A stretch of 64,000 nucleotides of DNA from Oscillospiraceae bacterium. GTDB taxonomy: Bacteria; Bacillota; Clostridia; Oscillospirales; CAG-272. The notes beneath the pieces are model-generated. The model was not told the origin of the DNA and made no database searches. It worked only from the letters and a program-made list of their open reading frames with translations. The first letter of the stretch is position 1. Every line of letters begins with the position of its first letter. Of this stretch, positions 9,882 to 19,097 are shown piece by piece. Made by a program: the position numbers and the translations under genes. The stretch spans positions 29,252-93,251 of the forward strand of contig SVSI01000006.1 of assembly GCA_015064385.1 (NCBI GenBank), in the 5' to 3' direction.

Positions 9882-11123
9882 ATGTCACGCTACGAAGAAG
9901 CAAGAAAAATCTACGAGTCTATCGGAGTCGATACCGAAAAGGCCATTGAAAAGCTATCCGACGTTTGCATTTCAGTCCACTGCTGGCAGGGTGACGACGT
10001 AATAGGCTTTGACAACAAGGAAGGGCTTTCAGGAGGTATTCAGACTACCGGCAATTATCCCGGGAAGGCAAGCACGCCCGAAGAGCTTATGCAGGATATC
10101 GACAAAGCTCTTTCGCTCATTCCCTGCAAGAAAAAGCTCAATCTGCATGCAAGCTACGCCATTTTCGAGGAAGGCGAGTGGGTGGATCGCGACAGTATCA
10201 AGCCAAAGCACTTTAAAAAATGGGTGGAATTTGCAAAGGAGCGAAATATCGGTCTTGATTTCAATCCGACCTATTTTTCGCACCCGATGGTAAAGAACGG
10301 ACTCACGCTTTCCTCACCCGATGAGGATGTCCGCCGTTTTTGGATAGAGCACGGCAAGGCGTGTATCCGCATAGCCGAGTCTTTCGCAAACGAAACAGGC
10401 GTTCCCTGCGTTATCAACTTCTGGACTCCCGACGGTTACAAGGACATTCCTGCCGACAGAATAGGTCCGAGATCGCGCTTCAAGGCATCACTGGACGAGA
10501 TACTTTCTATTCCTTACGACAAGAGCAAGGTCTTTGTAACTCTTGAATCAAAGGTATTCGGTATCGGAGTCGAGTCTTACACGGTAGGCTCTGCTGAGTT
10601 CACGCTCTCCTACTCGATCGCAAACGGTCTTACTCCTCTTATGGACAACGGTCATTATCACCCGACCGAGGTGGTATCCGACAAGATCTCTTCGCTGCTC
10701 CTTTTCAGTGACAAGGTCGCGCTTCACGTAACAAGAGGTGTTCGTTGGGATTCGGATCACGTCGTTCTGTTTGACGATGAAACGAGAGAAATCGCCAAGG
10801 AGATCATCCGCTGTGACGCGCTCGACCGCGTTTTCATTGCAACCGACTATTTTGACGCCTCAATAAACAGAATATCCGCATGGATAACAGGCGTCCGCAA
10901 TGTCGCAAAGGCACTTCTCTACGCCCTTCTCGAGCCGAGTAGCGAGCTCAAAAAGCTTCAGGACAGTGGAGATATGACTGCGCTTATGGTAATGCAGGAG
11001 GAGCTTAAAACCGCCCCCTTCGGTGACGTATGGCAGGAATTTCTCAGACGTGAGGGTGTTTCCCCTGAATATCTCAGTGCTGTAAGAGAGTACGAAAGCA
11101 AAATAATGGAGGTCAGAGTATGA
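9882..11123 (+). CDS. rhaA: L-rhamnose isomerase
   Basis: 413 aa with the ISVHCWQGDDV motif region typical of RhaA. The start is tightly coupled to the rhaB stop. Confidence 0.9.
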   Translation: MSRYEEARKIYESIGVDTEKAIEKLSDVCISVHCWQGDDVIGFDNKEGLSGGIQTTGNYPGKASTPEELMQDIDKALSLIPCKKKLNLHASYAIFEEGEWVDRDSIKPKHFKKWVEFAKERNIGLDFNPTYFSHPMVKNGLTLSSPDEDVRRFWIEHGKACIRIAESFANETGVPCVINFWTPDGYKDIPADRIGPRSRFKASLDEILSIPYDKSKVFVTLESKVFGIGVESYTVGSAEFTLSYSIANGLTPLMDNGHYHPTEVVSDKISSLLLFSDKVALHVTRGVRWDSDHVVLFDDETREIAKEIIRCDALDRVFIATDYFDASINRISAWITGVRNVAKALLYALLEPSSELKKLQDSGDMTALMVMQEELKTAPFGDVWQEFLRREGVSPEYLSAVREYESKIMEVRV

Positions 11124-11935
11124 AAGATATTTTTAACGCTCCGTTCATAACGGAAATGAGAAAAACGACCGCCAATATGTACCGACTCGGTTGGGACGAG
11201 CGCAACGGCGGAAATATAAGCTATATGCTTGATGAAAATGAGGTTTACGAGTATCTTGATCAGAGCAACGTGATTCGCACCATTCCGATCGGATTTTCCG
11301 CTCCCACACTTGTCGGAAAGATATTTATCGTTACCGGAACAGGTAAATATTTTAAAAATATTGATGATGATCCCGAAACAAATCTCGGAATTATCCGCAT
11401 TGCGAAGGACGCCTGCACGGCAGAGCTTCTCTGGGGATACCGCGACGGCGGAAAATTCACAAGCGAGCTTCCGGCGCATCTTATGAGCCACATCGCACGC
11501 CTCAAAAAGGATCCCGAAAACCGCGTAATTATGCATACTCACCCGACCGCAACTCTCGCTATGACACATATTCACGAGCTCGACGACAAAAAGTTCACTC
11601 ATACCATATGGGAAATGTGTACCGAATGTATCGTCGTTTTTCCCGACGGTATCGGAGTTCTTCCCTGGATGGTCTGCGGAAACAACGAAATAGGTACCGC
11701 AACCGCCGAAAAAATGAACGATTACCGTCTGGTAGTTTGGGGGCTCCACGGAATTTACGGTGCAGGCAAGACGATGGACGAAACCTTCGGTCTTATCGAA
11801 ACCGTCGAAAAGGCGGCTCAGCTTTATATGATGATAGCTCATCTGCCGCACAAAAACACTATTTTAGACCGTGAACTCGTTGCAGTTGCAGAGGCGTTTG
11901 GACTTGATTACCGAAAGGATTTCTTGAATTTATAA
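11120..11935 (+). CDS. rhaD: Rhamnulose-1-phosphate aldolase
   Basis: 271 aa, class II aldolase/adducin fold (RLGWDERNGGNIS). There is a 4-nt ATGA overlap with rhaA. Confidence 0.9.
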   Translation: MKDIFNAPFITEMRKTTANMYRLGWDERNGGNISYMLDENEVYEYLDQSNVIRTIPIGFSAPTLVGKIFIVTGTGKYFKNIDDDPETNLGIIRIAKDACTAELLWGYRDGGKFTSELPAHLMSHIARLKKDPENRVIMHTHPTATLAMTHIHELDDKKFTHTIWEMCTECIVVFPDGIGVLPWMVCGNNEIGTATAEKMNDYRLVVWGLHGIYGAGKTMDETFGLIETVEKAAQLYMMIAHLPHKNTILDRELVAVAEAFGLDYRKDFLNL

Positions 11936-11943
11936 ACAAAAAA

Positions 11944-11963
11944 ACATCGGCTTTTGCCGATGT
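11944..11963. terminator. Bidirectional intrinsic terminator (rhaD / GH43 convergent)
   Basis: ACATCGGC-tttt-GCCGATGT is flanked by an A-run and a T-run. Confidence 0.7.
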
Positions 11964-11979
11964 TTTTTATATTTATTCG

Positions 11980-13302
11980 TTATTTATCCTCGCCGCTGAC
12001 ACGTCTGAGCATATCAAGCTCTTTATCCTCCTCAATAGGAACGAATATCGCGGTACAAGGACGTCCGCTTGCGGGCTGATCGAGAATGATGTTGGTGGGA
12101 TTATTGGGCGCGTGGATGGAGAGCATAAGCTGTCCCTCGTTTGTCTTAAAGAACGCTCCGTGACCTCCGTCGTACTCCTCGCCGTAGAGCTTGCTGTAAA
12201 GGAGAGGTCTGAGCTGTACCCAAGGTCCTTCCATATTGCCCGAAGCCGATCTCGCCATACCGACGAGGTATCCTGCGCTTCCCTGATTGGACCAGAGCAT
12301 AATAAGTGAGCCGGTCTCGGACATCTTATAGATAAACGGTCCGTCTGTAACTCCGCCCTTTGCCCATACGGGATCCTTTGCCTTGAACACCTCGATGATC
12401 TCTCCGTCAAAGCCGCTGAGATCGTCTTTCATTTTAACTACGCACATACTACCTACTTTATCGGGCATACAGGTCCATTCGTGTACGAAAACGCACCACG
12501 GCTGACCGTTATCGTCAACGTAGAAGGTAGCGTCTATTGCGTCCCAATCCTCGGGAGTCATAAGTCCGTCGGTTACGAGGGTGTAAGGTCCTTCGATATT
12601 ATCCGAGCCGAATACGGCAGAGCCCCTATGAAGAGTCTCGGGATTTTTGAATGTTGCAAACATATAGTATCTGCCCTTATAATAGTGGCACTCGGGTGCC
12701 CAGAAGCATCTCTGCTGGTCGAGGAGATATTTTCCTTCGGGGATCTTGCAGACCGAAACGGGCTCGCTCCAGTGCTCGAGATCGGTGCTCGTGCACATTC
12801 CGTAGTGACTCGCCATGTGGGAGCCGAACATATAATATACGCCGTCTTTAACGAATATCTGAGGATCGCGTACTGCTCTGTCAGATGTTATGATAAGAGA
12901 GGACTCTTTTTCAAGATCTGCGAACTTTTCAACGATTTCTGTCGAAACCTCTGCTTTTCCGCCCGTCTTTTCGTTAAAATACTTACTTATGAAATACTCA
13001 ATACCACTCATAAGAGCGTACTCGGTATTTCCGCAGACGAGGATAGTAGCAAGGTTTCTGCAAGTCTTTACAACTATTTTGAAATGGGAGTTATCAAGTC
13101 CCTTTACGGCTTCTTTATATGCCTTATTAGAAGTGTCGCCAACTATAATGGTTGCGATCTTTTTCTTTCCGTTTATAAATATTTCGGGATTTTCAAAGCG
13201 CTTTAAGAACTCCGCGGTCTCACCCATAGAGATATTAAACGCCTTCGATCTTCCCTCTTCTCCGTAAATATACGAAAGGCCTTCGTTTACAGTTATATTC
13301 AT
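11980..13302 (-). CDS. Glycoside hydrolase family 43-like protein with an N-terminal extra domain
   Basis: ORF track gives 11980-13347. I prefer the ATG at 13302 (MNITVNEG). The C-terminal ~300 aa have five-bladed-propeller GH43-like motifs (DPQIFVKDGVYYMFGSH, FWAPECHYYKGRYYMF). Confidence 0.7.
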   Translation of the reverse strand: MNITVNEGLSYIYGEEGRSKAFNISMGETAEFLKRFENPEIFINGKKKIATIIVGDTSNKAYKEAVKGLDNSHFKIVVKTCRNLATILVCGNTEYALMSGIEYFISKYFNEKTGGKAEVSTEIVEKFADLEKESSLIITSDRAVRDPQIFVKDGVYYMFGSHMASHYGMCTSTDLEHWSEPVSVCKIPEGKYLLDQQRCFWAPECHYYKGRYYMFATFKNPETLHRGSAVFGSDNIEGPYTLVTDGLMTPEDWDAIDATFYVDDNGQPWCVFVHEWTCMPDKVGSMCVVKMKDDLSGFDGEIIEVFKAKDPVWAKGGVTDGPFIYKMSETGSLIMLWSNQGSAGYLVGMARSASGNMEGPWVQLRPLLYSKLYGEEYDGGHGAFFKTNEGQLMLSIHAPNNPTNIILDQPASGRPCTAIFVPIEEDKELDMLRRVSGEDK

Positions 13303-13417
13303 TGTTTTTTCCGCCTTTAAAGAATGAATTTTGACACTGCGTGCCACTTACATAATAGCACACACATTTTATAAAGTCAAGTACAATTTTCCCTTTATTA
13401 TCCAATAAAACACACTA

Positions 13418-13446
13418 TTGACAAAAATAAAAAAAGATTATATAAT
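13418..13446 (+). promoter_or_regulatory. Candidate sigma-A promoter of the second AraC-family gene
   Basis: Perfect TTGACA (13418-13423), 17-nt spacer, TATAAT (13441-13446). Confidence 0.55.
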
Positions 13447-13473
13447 CAATACGTACGAGGAAAGGAGGATACT

Positions 13474-14316
13474 ATGCGAACCTATACGATCGACGAGTGT
13501 ATAAAATACGGCAACATACATCTGTCCAAAAGCACTCTTACGGACAAAGAGCCTATACATACTCACGAATTTATAGAAATAGTATACGTTTTATCCGGTA
13601 AAATGACTCAGATCATCGACGGAAAAAGCTATCAGGTAAAGCGCGGCGACGTACTGTTTATGAACACGCAGTGCACTCATTCCTTTGACTCTGACACCGA
13701 TTATTCTTATATAAACATACTGTTTTCACCCCGTATCGTACAAGAAGAAGACTCGTCTGCCTACGGGATATTCTCTTTTATGTTTCTAAGCACCTTCAAC
13801 GAGCTCTGTGGCGATACGAATTTCGGAAAGATTTCTTTTAGCGGAAAAGAACGCGACGATATAGAGAAAGTTGTTTTTTCAATGCTTCAAGAATACGAGG
13901 AAAAGCTTTCTTCCTGGGAAAACGTCGTAGGAAATTATCTGAACGTATTTATAACCAAGATGCTTCGAAAGGTACAGCTCGGTATTGCCGACGAAGAGAT
14001 AGACGGTATGTGGAGCTCTCTTTCCGAGTACATCGAGAACAATCTTGATTCAAAGCTCTCCCTGTCCCTGCTCGCGCAAAAATGCTTCTACAATCCGTCC
14101 TATTTCAGTAGATTGTTTAAAGAAAAGTTCGGTATGACGCTAAGCGAATACGTCACGCGCAAAAGACTTGGGCACGCGATCACTCTTTTAAAAGAAAGCG
14201 ACCTTTCGATCGAGGAGATAAGTGCAAGATGCGGATTTTCCGACCGATCGAGCCTTTATCACTGCTTCTCGCGCTATCTGAACGCTTCTCCCAACTCATA
14301 CCGAAATAAAAAGTAA
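13474..14316 (+). CDS. AraC-family transcriptional regulator (cupin + HTH)
   Basis: 280 aa with SD AAAGGAGG and a C-terminal AraC HTH (ISARCGFSDRSSLYHCFSRYLNASPNSYR). Confidence 0.8.
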   Translation: MRTYTIDECIKYGNIHLSKSTLTDKEPIHTHEFIEIVYVLSGKMTQIIDGKSYQVKRGDVLFMNTQCTHSFDSDTDYSYINILFSPRIVQEEDSSAYGIFSFMFLSTFNELCGDTNFGKISFSGKERDDIEKVVFSMLQEYEEKLSSWENVVGNYLNVFITKMLRKVQLGIADEEIDGMWSSLSEYIENNLDSKLSLSLLAQKCFYNPSYFSRLFKEKFGMTLSEYVTRKRLGHAITLLKESDLSIEEISARCGFSDRSSLYHCFSRYLNASPNSYRNKK

Positions 14317-14412
14317 AAATCCCCGACAGACGAGGGAAAAAAGTAAAACCGAAACATTTCAAGCACCTGCGCTTTATGGTATTATGTATATATCATAAAC
14401 GGAGGTGTTTTT

Positions 14413-15894
14413 ATGAATTCCGGTGCAAAGATCAAACTTAATTTCGATGCCTACAAGGACAGCGTTCACGCTTGTTGGGTAGGCAAAAATATAGGCGGAA
14501 CTATGGGAGCTCCGTACGAGGGAACGCGCGAAGTGCTCGACATCAAGGGCTTTGCGACACAAAAGGGAGAGATAATCCCGAACGATGACCTCGATCTCCA
14601 GCTCGTATGGCTTCACGCAATGGAGTGGGTAGGTCCCTATCAGCTGAGCGCAAAGGAGCTCGGCGAGTGTTGGCTTAGCTTTATTACCCCTTATTGGCAC
14701 GAATACGGCATATGCAAGACGAATATGCGACTCGGTATGCCTGCGCCTCTCTGCGGAGATTACAATTCCTCTTGGAGAGATTCGAACGGCGCATGGATAA
14801 GAACCGAGATCTGGGCAACTATGGCGCCCGGCGCTCCCGAGCTTGCGGCAAAGTACGCTATCGAGGACGCCTGCGTCGACCACGGATCGGGCGAAGGAAC
14901 TGCCGCAGCAGCGTTCGTTGCCGCTTTGCAGTCCTGTGCATTCGTCGAAAAGGACATCAGAAAATGTATAGACGTAGCGCTTTCCAAGATACCGCTCACC
15001 GCTCGCACCGGTTCGACTGTTAAAAAGGTTATAGAGTGCTACGATAGCGGTATGTCCTGGCTTGACTGCCGAAACACTATTCAGAAAATGAACGCCGACA
15101 TCGGCAACGGCTGGTTCGAGGCTCCGTCCAACATCGGATACACCGTGCTCGGTCTGCTTTACGGCGAGGGTGACTTCAAAAAGTCGATGATCACGGCAAT
15201 AAACTGCGGTGATGATACCGACTGCACCGCAGCTACTCTCGGCGCAACTCTCGGTATTCTGTACGGAACTGCCGGTATTCCCAAGGACTGGGCAGAGCAC
15301 ATCGGCGACTCGATCCAGACGCTTTGCCTTGCGGGCGGAGTAATTTATAATGTGCCCAAGACTTGCAGTGAGCTCACCGATCGCGTTGTGAACATTGCAC
15401 CAACGGTTCTTTTCGCAGGAAAAGCAGACGTCGCCTTCACCAACGGTGAAAACGAAATTCCCGAAGATCCATTCTACATAAAAAAGAGCCTCGTTCTCGA
15501 ACGTCTGAAATCCTTGAAGCCCTATCAGTTTGAGGCGGATATGGGAATGGTAAAGGCAACCTTTACATGGAACCGTTCTCCCGACATCACGCCGAACGAA
15601 GAGATTGATCTGAATATCGCTTTCCAAAACAACGTAGTAACATTCAGCAGTAACGCATTTGGCAACATTTCGCATTTTGTAAATCTGCGTTGGATCCTTC
15701 CCGAAGGCTTTACCGTTGAAGGAAAAACCGGCATATCCGTTGATCAGCTCAATATGCACACAAGCGGAAAGAATTCCACCAAATTCACCATCCGTGCAGG
15801 CGAAAAGGTCGCACCGATCAACCGTCTTATTCTTGAAATGGTCCTCGACGACCGCCCGGGCGTTATATATGTTCCTATGGTACTTATCGGTTAA
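14413..15894 (+). CDS. ADP-ribosylglycohydrolase-fold protein with an extra ~160-aa C-terminal domain
   Basis: 493 aa with GKNIGGTMGAPYEG and NCGDDTDCTAAT motifs characteristic of the ARH/DraG fold. SD GGAGG. Confidence 0.8.
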   Translation: MNSGAKIKLNFDAYKDSVHACWVGKNIGGTMGAPYEGTREVLDIKGFATQKGEIIPNDDLDLQLVWLHAMEWVGPYQLSAKELGECWLSFITPYWHEYGICKTNMRLGMPAPLCGDYNSSWRDSNGAWIRTEIWATMAPGAPELAAKYAIEDACVDHGSGEGTAAAAFVAALQSCAFVEKDIRKCIDVALSKIPLTARTGSTVKKVIECYDSGMSWLDCRNTIQKMNADIGNGWFEAPSNIGYTVLGLLYGEGDFKKSMITAINCGDDTDCTAATLGATLGILYGTAGIPKDWAEHIGDSIQTLCLAGGVIYNVPKTCSELTDRVVNIAPTVLFAGKADVAFTNGENEIPEDPFYIKKSLVLERLKSLKPYQFEADMGMVKATFTWNRSPDITPNEEIDLNIAFQNNVVTFSSNAFGNISHFVNLRWILPEGFTVEGKTGISVDQLNMHTSGKNSTKFTIRAGEKVAPINRLILEMVLDDRPGVIYVPMVLIG

Positions 15895-15949
15895 TTAATC
15901 ATAACCACCCGCTAAGTTGAAGTGGTTTTCTCTAATCAAAAAGTTAAAG

Positions 15950-15974
15950 TGCTTATGATACAATCATAAGCACT
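15950..15974. terminator. Hairpin terminator between convergent genes (overlaps the fucosidase stop)
   Basis: GTGCTTATGA-tacaa-TCATAAGCAC followed by TTTTCT. Confidence 0.5.
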
Positions 15975-17202
15975 TTTCTGTTATTATTTTTGCAACTCTG
16001 ACAACGAGATCGCTGCCGTAATCGTAACGGCTTGGCAGGACCGAAACCATTGAGCTTTCCTGTGAAAATTCAAGATCTTCCATATTATCAAGCCAAAACA
16101 CTTTCTTTACCTTATTATCAAGTGTAAAGCTCCTTGGAGCACACGGCGTGATCCTGTCTGCAACATTGGGATCGCCCTTTATTGAGACGCTGTGAACGAA
16201 CAGATAATAAGCTCCGTCTTCACCTTTTAATATAAAGTCCTTTTCACCGCCATCGACCGATATTCCCGAAGGACGGGGAGCGCGGATCGCCTCATCAAAG
16301 AGCTCTACCCATTCGCCAAGAGTTTCAAGCGTCGCCCTATCAAGCACACGGAGACTTCCGTCTGCTCTCGGACCTACGTTAAGAAGGAAGTTTGAACCGT
16401 ACTTACGGCAAACACAGAGATCCTCAATCAGTGTAGCAAGCGATTTATAATGAAGATCGTTTTTTGCGTATCCCCAATGACTGCCAAAGGTCTGACACAT
16501 CTCGCTCGCAAGATACTTGGGTGCGCCCTCCTGATTTATCGGAGACGGACGTCCTCTTTCAAAGGTGACGCTGTCAAGCTCGATATGGCCGATCTGTCCG
16601 CGTCTGTTAAGTCCGGTATTATTTATTATCATCGTGTCGCCCTGATAGGATCGGATAAGCGAGTAAAGAGCGTCCTCTTCCCAATTTGCATCCCACTTAT
16701 TCCACATTCCGTCGAACCAAAATCCGCCGATCTTACCGTAGTTTTTACAAAGCAGTTCTACACTTGCGCGGAGATATTCCAGATATTTCGGAAAATCGGT
16801 GTTATAGCTTTCCTCTCTCCAGTCGAGCAGTGTGTGATAGAAAAAAGGAATTATCGCATTTTCATTGCAAGCATCCACGAATTCACGAACGAGGTCGCGC
16901 CCGCAAAAATGGGGAGCGTCGTAATCGTTAAGTCCGCAGGTATCGTAAAGTGAAAAGCCGTCGTGATGGCGCGTGGTAAGCGTTATATATTTACATCCCG
17001 CTTTCTTTGCGCTCTTTACAAGATCCTTTGCCCAGTTTTCATTCGGACAAAAATCCTTTGCAAGTTCCTCGTACTCTTTATCGGGAATCCGATGCATAAA
17101 TTTTGACCATTCGCCCTTTCCGAGTACGCTGTACGTACCGAAATGAACAAACATTCCAAATCCGAGCTTTTCGAACGATTTGATATAATCCTTAATTATC
17201 AT
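15964..17202 (-). CDS. Alpha-L-fucosidase (GH29)
   Basis: 412 aa with FGMFVHFGTYS and TTRHHDGFSLYDT motifs typical of GH29. SD GGAGG. Confidence 0.9.
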   Translation of the reverse strand: MIIKDYIKSFEKLGFGMFVHFGTYSVLGKGEWSKFMHRIPDKEYEELAKDFCPNENWAKDLVKSAKKAGCKYITLTTRHHDGFSLYDTCGLNDYDAPHFCGRDLVREFVDACNENAIIPFFYHTLLDWREESYNTDFPKYLEYLRASVELLCKNYGKIGGFWFDGMWNKWDANWEEDALYSLIRSYQGDTMIINNTGLNRRGQIGHIELDSVTFERGRPSPINQEGAPKYLASEMCQTFGSHWGYAKNDLHYKSLATLIEDLCVCRKYGSNFLLNVGPRADGSLRVLDRATLETLGEWVELFDEAIRAPRPSGISVDGGEKDFILKGEDGAYYLFVHSVSIKGDPNVADRITPCAPRSFTLDNKVKKVFWLDNMEDLEFSQESSMVSVLPSRYDYGSDLVVRVAKIITEKCL

Positions 17203-17310
17203 AATATCCTCCGATAGTTACATCTTACCCTTATAATAACACAAAAAACACGCAAATACTACAACAATCTTCACCTTTATTATGTCTATGTTCATTTCGA
17301 AAACAAAAAA

Positions 17311-17329
17311 ACGGGACGTATTGTCCCGT
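17311..17329 (-). terminator. Intrinsic terminator downstream of hydA
   Basis: ACGGGAC-gtatt-GTCCCGT with a T-run on the minus strand (the A-run at 17304-17310 on the plus strand). Confidence 0.7.
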
Positions 17330-17340
17330 TTTTTATTATT

Positions 17341-19080
17341 TTAGAATCCGCGCTTTACGTAGTGAGTATGGAGGATCTCGTGTGCCTTATGGCTGTTGGG
17401 TTCTCCGAAATACTCGTCGTAGAGCTTCTTGACTGCGCTGTTCTCGTGCGACTTACGGAGATCCGCATTCTTGTCGTCGTTGTAAAGAACTGCTGCACGA
17501 AGTGCTCTGAGATCTACTGCGTTACGAACCGATGCGGGCTGGTAGGGCTGTCCGCCACCGTTTACGCATCCGCCGGGGCACGCCATAACCTCGATGAAGT
17601 GAACGTCAACCTTGCCGTCCTGAACGTCACGGAGAAGCTTCTTTGCGTTTGCGGTACCCGAGGTAACTGCAACGTTAAGAGTCATATCGCCGAGCTTGTA
17701 GGAAGCAAACTTGATGCCTTCGGTTCCGCGAACCTCGTTGAACTCGAGCTTCTCAAGGGGTTTGCCCTCGATAACCTCTGCCGCGGTACGGAGTGCTGCC
17801 TCCATAACACCGCCGGTTGCACCGAATATAACGCCTGCTCCCGATCCGATGTCGAAGGGATTATCGAACTCGCCGTCTTCCATAGCGCAGAAATCAATTC
17901 CTGCCTTTTGGATCATTCTGCCGAGCTCACGGGTGGTAATAGCGTAGTCAACGTCGGGAACGCCTGCAGCACTTTGTCCGTCTCTGCCTACCTCGAACTT
18001 CTTTGCGGTACAAGGAATTGCAGATACGAATACGATATCCTTGGGATCGAGTCCGACCTTCTGTGCGTAGTATGTCTTATACATCGCGCCGAACATCTGC
18101 TGAGGAGACTTACAGGTCGAGAGATTCTCGGTCATTTCGGGGAAATAGTGCTCGCAGAACTTGATCCATCCGGGCGAGCAGGAGGTGATCATGGGAAGCT
18201 TGCCGCCGTTCTTAACTCTGCCGAGGAACTCGGTTGCCTCTTCCATAATGGTGAGGTCAGCGGTAAGGTTCATATCGTAAACGCCGTCAAATCCGAGCGC
18301 CTTGATAGCCGAGATCATCTTGCCTTCGGTGTCCGTTCCGGGAGCGTAGCCGAAGCATTCGCCGATCTGCGCGCGAACAGAGGGAGCGCAGCAGATAGCA
18401 ACGTGCTTGGTGGGATCGGAAAGCGCTTCAAATACCTTTTCGGTATGGTCAACCTCGTAAAGAGCGCCGGTGGGACATGCAACTATACACTGTCCGCAGT
18501 TGATACAGGAGGTCTCTCCGAGAGGTCCGTCGAAGGTGCATCCGATGTGAGTATCGAATCCACGGTCGTTAGCGCCGATTACGCCGATTCCCTGTACCTT
18601 ATTACATACTGCAGAGCAGCGGCGGCAAAGCACGCACTTGCTCGAATCGCGTACGATAGCTGCAGAAGAGGTATCAACGTACTTGGGAGTCTTGTCTCCT
18701 GCAAAGTACTCTTCGTCAACACCGTAATCGTTGCAGAGCTTCTGGAGCTCGCAGGTGGTGGAGCGTACGCAGGAGAGACACTTTCTCTCGTGGTTGGAAA
18801 GAAGAAGCTCGAGGTTCATCTTTCTCGATCTCATAATTGCGGGAGAGTTCGTAACGATCTCCATTCCCTCACGGTCCACGGGATATACGCAAGCGGTAAC
18901 GAGACCTCTTGCACCCTTAACCTCTACAAGACAGAGACGGCAAGCGCCGATCTCGTTGATGTCCTTGAGGTAGCAGAGGGTGGGGATATCAATATTTGCC
19001 ATTCTTGCGGCTTCGAGAACAGAAATTCCCTTCGGAACGCTGTAATCTTTACCGTTTATTTTAATGTTAATCATTTCCAT
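17341..19080 (-). CDS. hydA: [FeFe] hydrogenase catalytic subunit (HydA, multimeric/bifurcating type)
   Basis: 579 aa with an N-terminal 2Fe-2S domain plus 4Fe-4S domains. H-cluster motifs are IPCTAKKFE and EVMACPGGCVNGGGQP. Motif 1 reads TSCSPGW (see finding). SD GGAGGAG. Confidence 0.9.
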   Translation of the reverse strand: MEMINIKINGKDYSVPKGISVLEAARMANIDIPTLCYLKDINEIGACRLCLVEVKGARGLVTACVYPVDREGMEIVTNSPAIMRSRKMNLELLLSNHERKCLSCVRSTTCELQKLCNDYGVDEEYFAGDKTPKYVDTSSAAIVRDSSKCVLCRRCSAVCNKVQGIGVIGANDRGFDTHIGCTFDGPLGETSCINCGQCIVACPTGALYEVDHTEKVFEALSDPTKHVAICCAPSVRAQIGECFGYAPGTDTEGKMISAIKALGFDGVYDMNLTADLTIMEEATEFLGRVKNGGKLPMITSCSPGWIKFCEHYFPEMTENLSTCKSPQQMFGAMYKTYYAQKVGLDPKDIVFVSAIPCTAKKFEVGRDGQSAAGVPDVDYAITTRELGRMIQKAGIDFCAMEDGEFDNPFDIGSGAGVIFGATGGVMEAALRTAAEVIEGKPLEKLEFNEVRGTEGIKFASYKLGDMTLNVAVTSGTANAKKLLRDVQDGKVDVHFIEVMACPGGCVNGGGQPYQPASVRNAVDLRALRAAVLYNDDKNADLRKSHENSAVKKLYDEYFGEPNSHKAHEILHTHYVKRGF

Positions 19081-19097
19081 AATCGTCCGTCTCCTCC

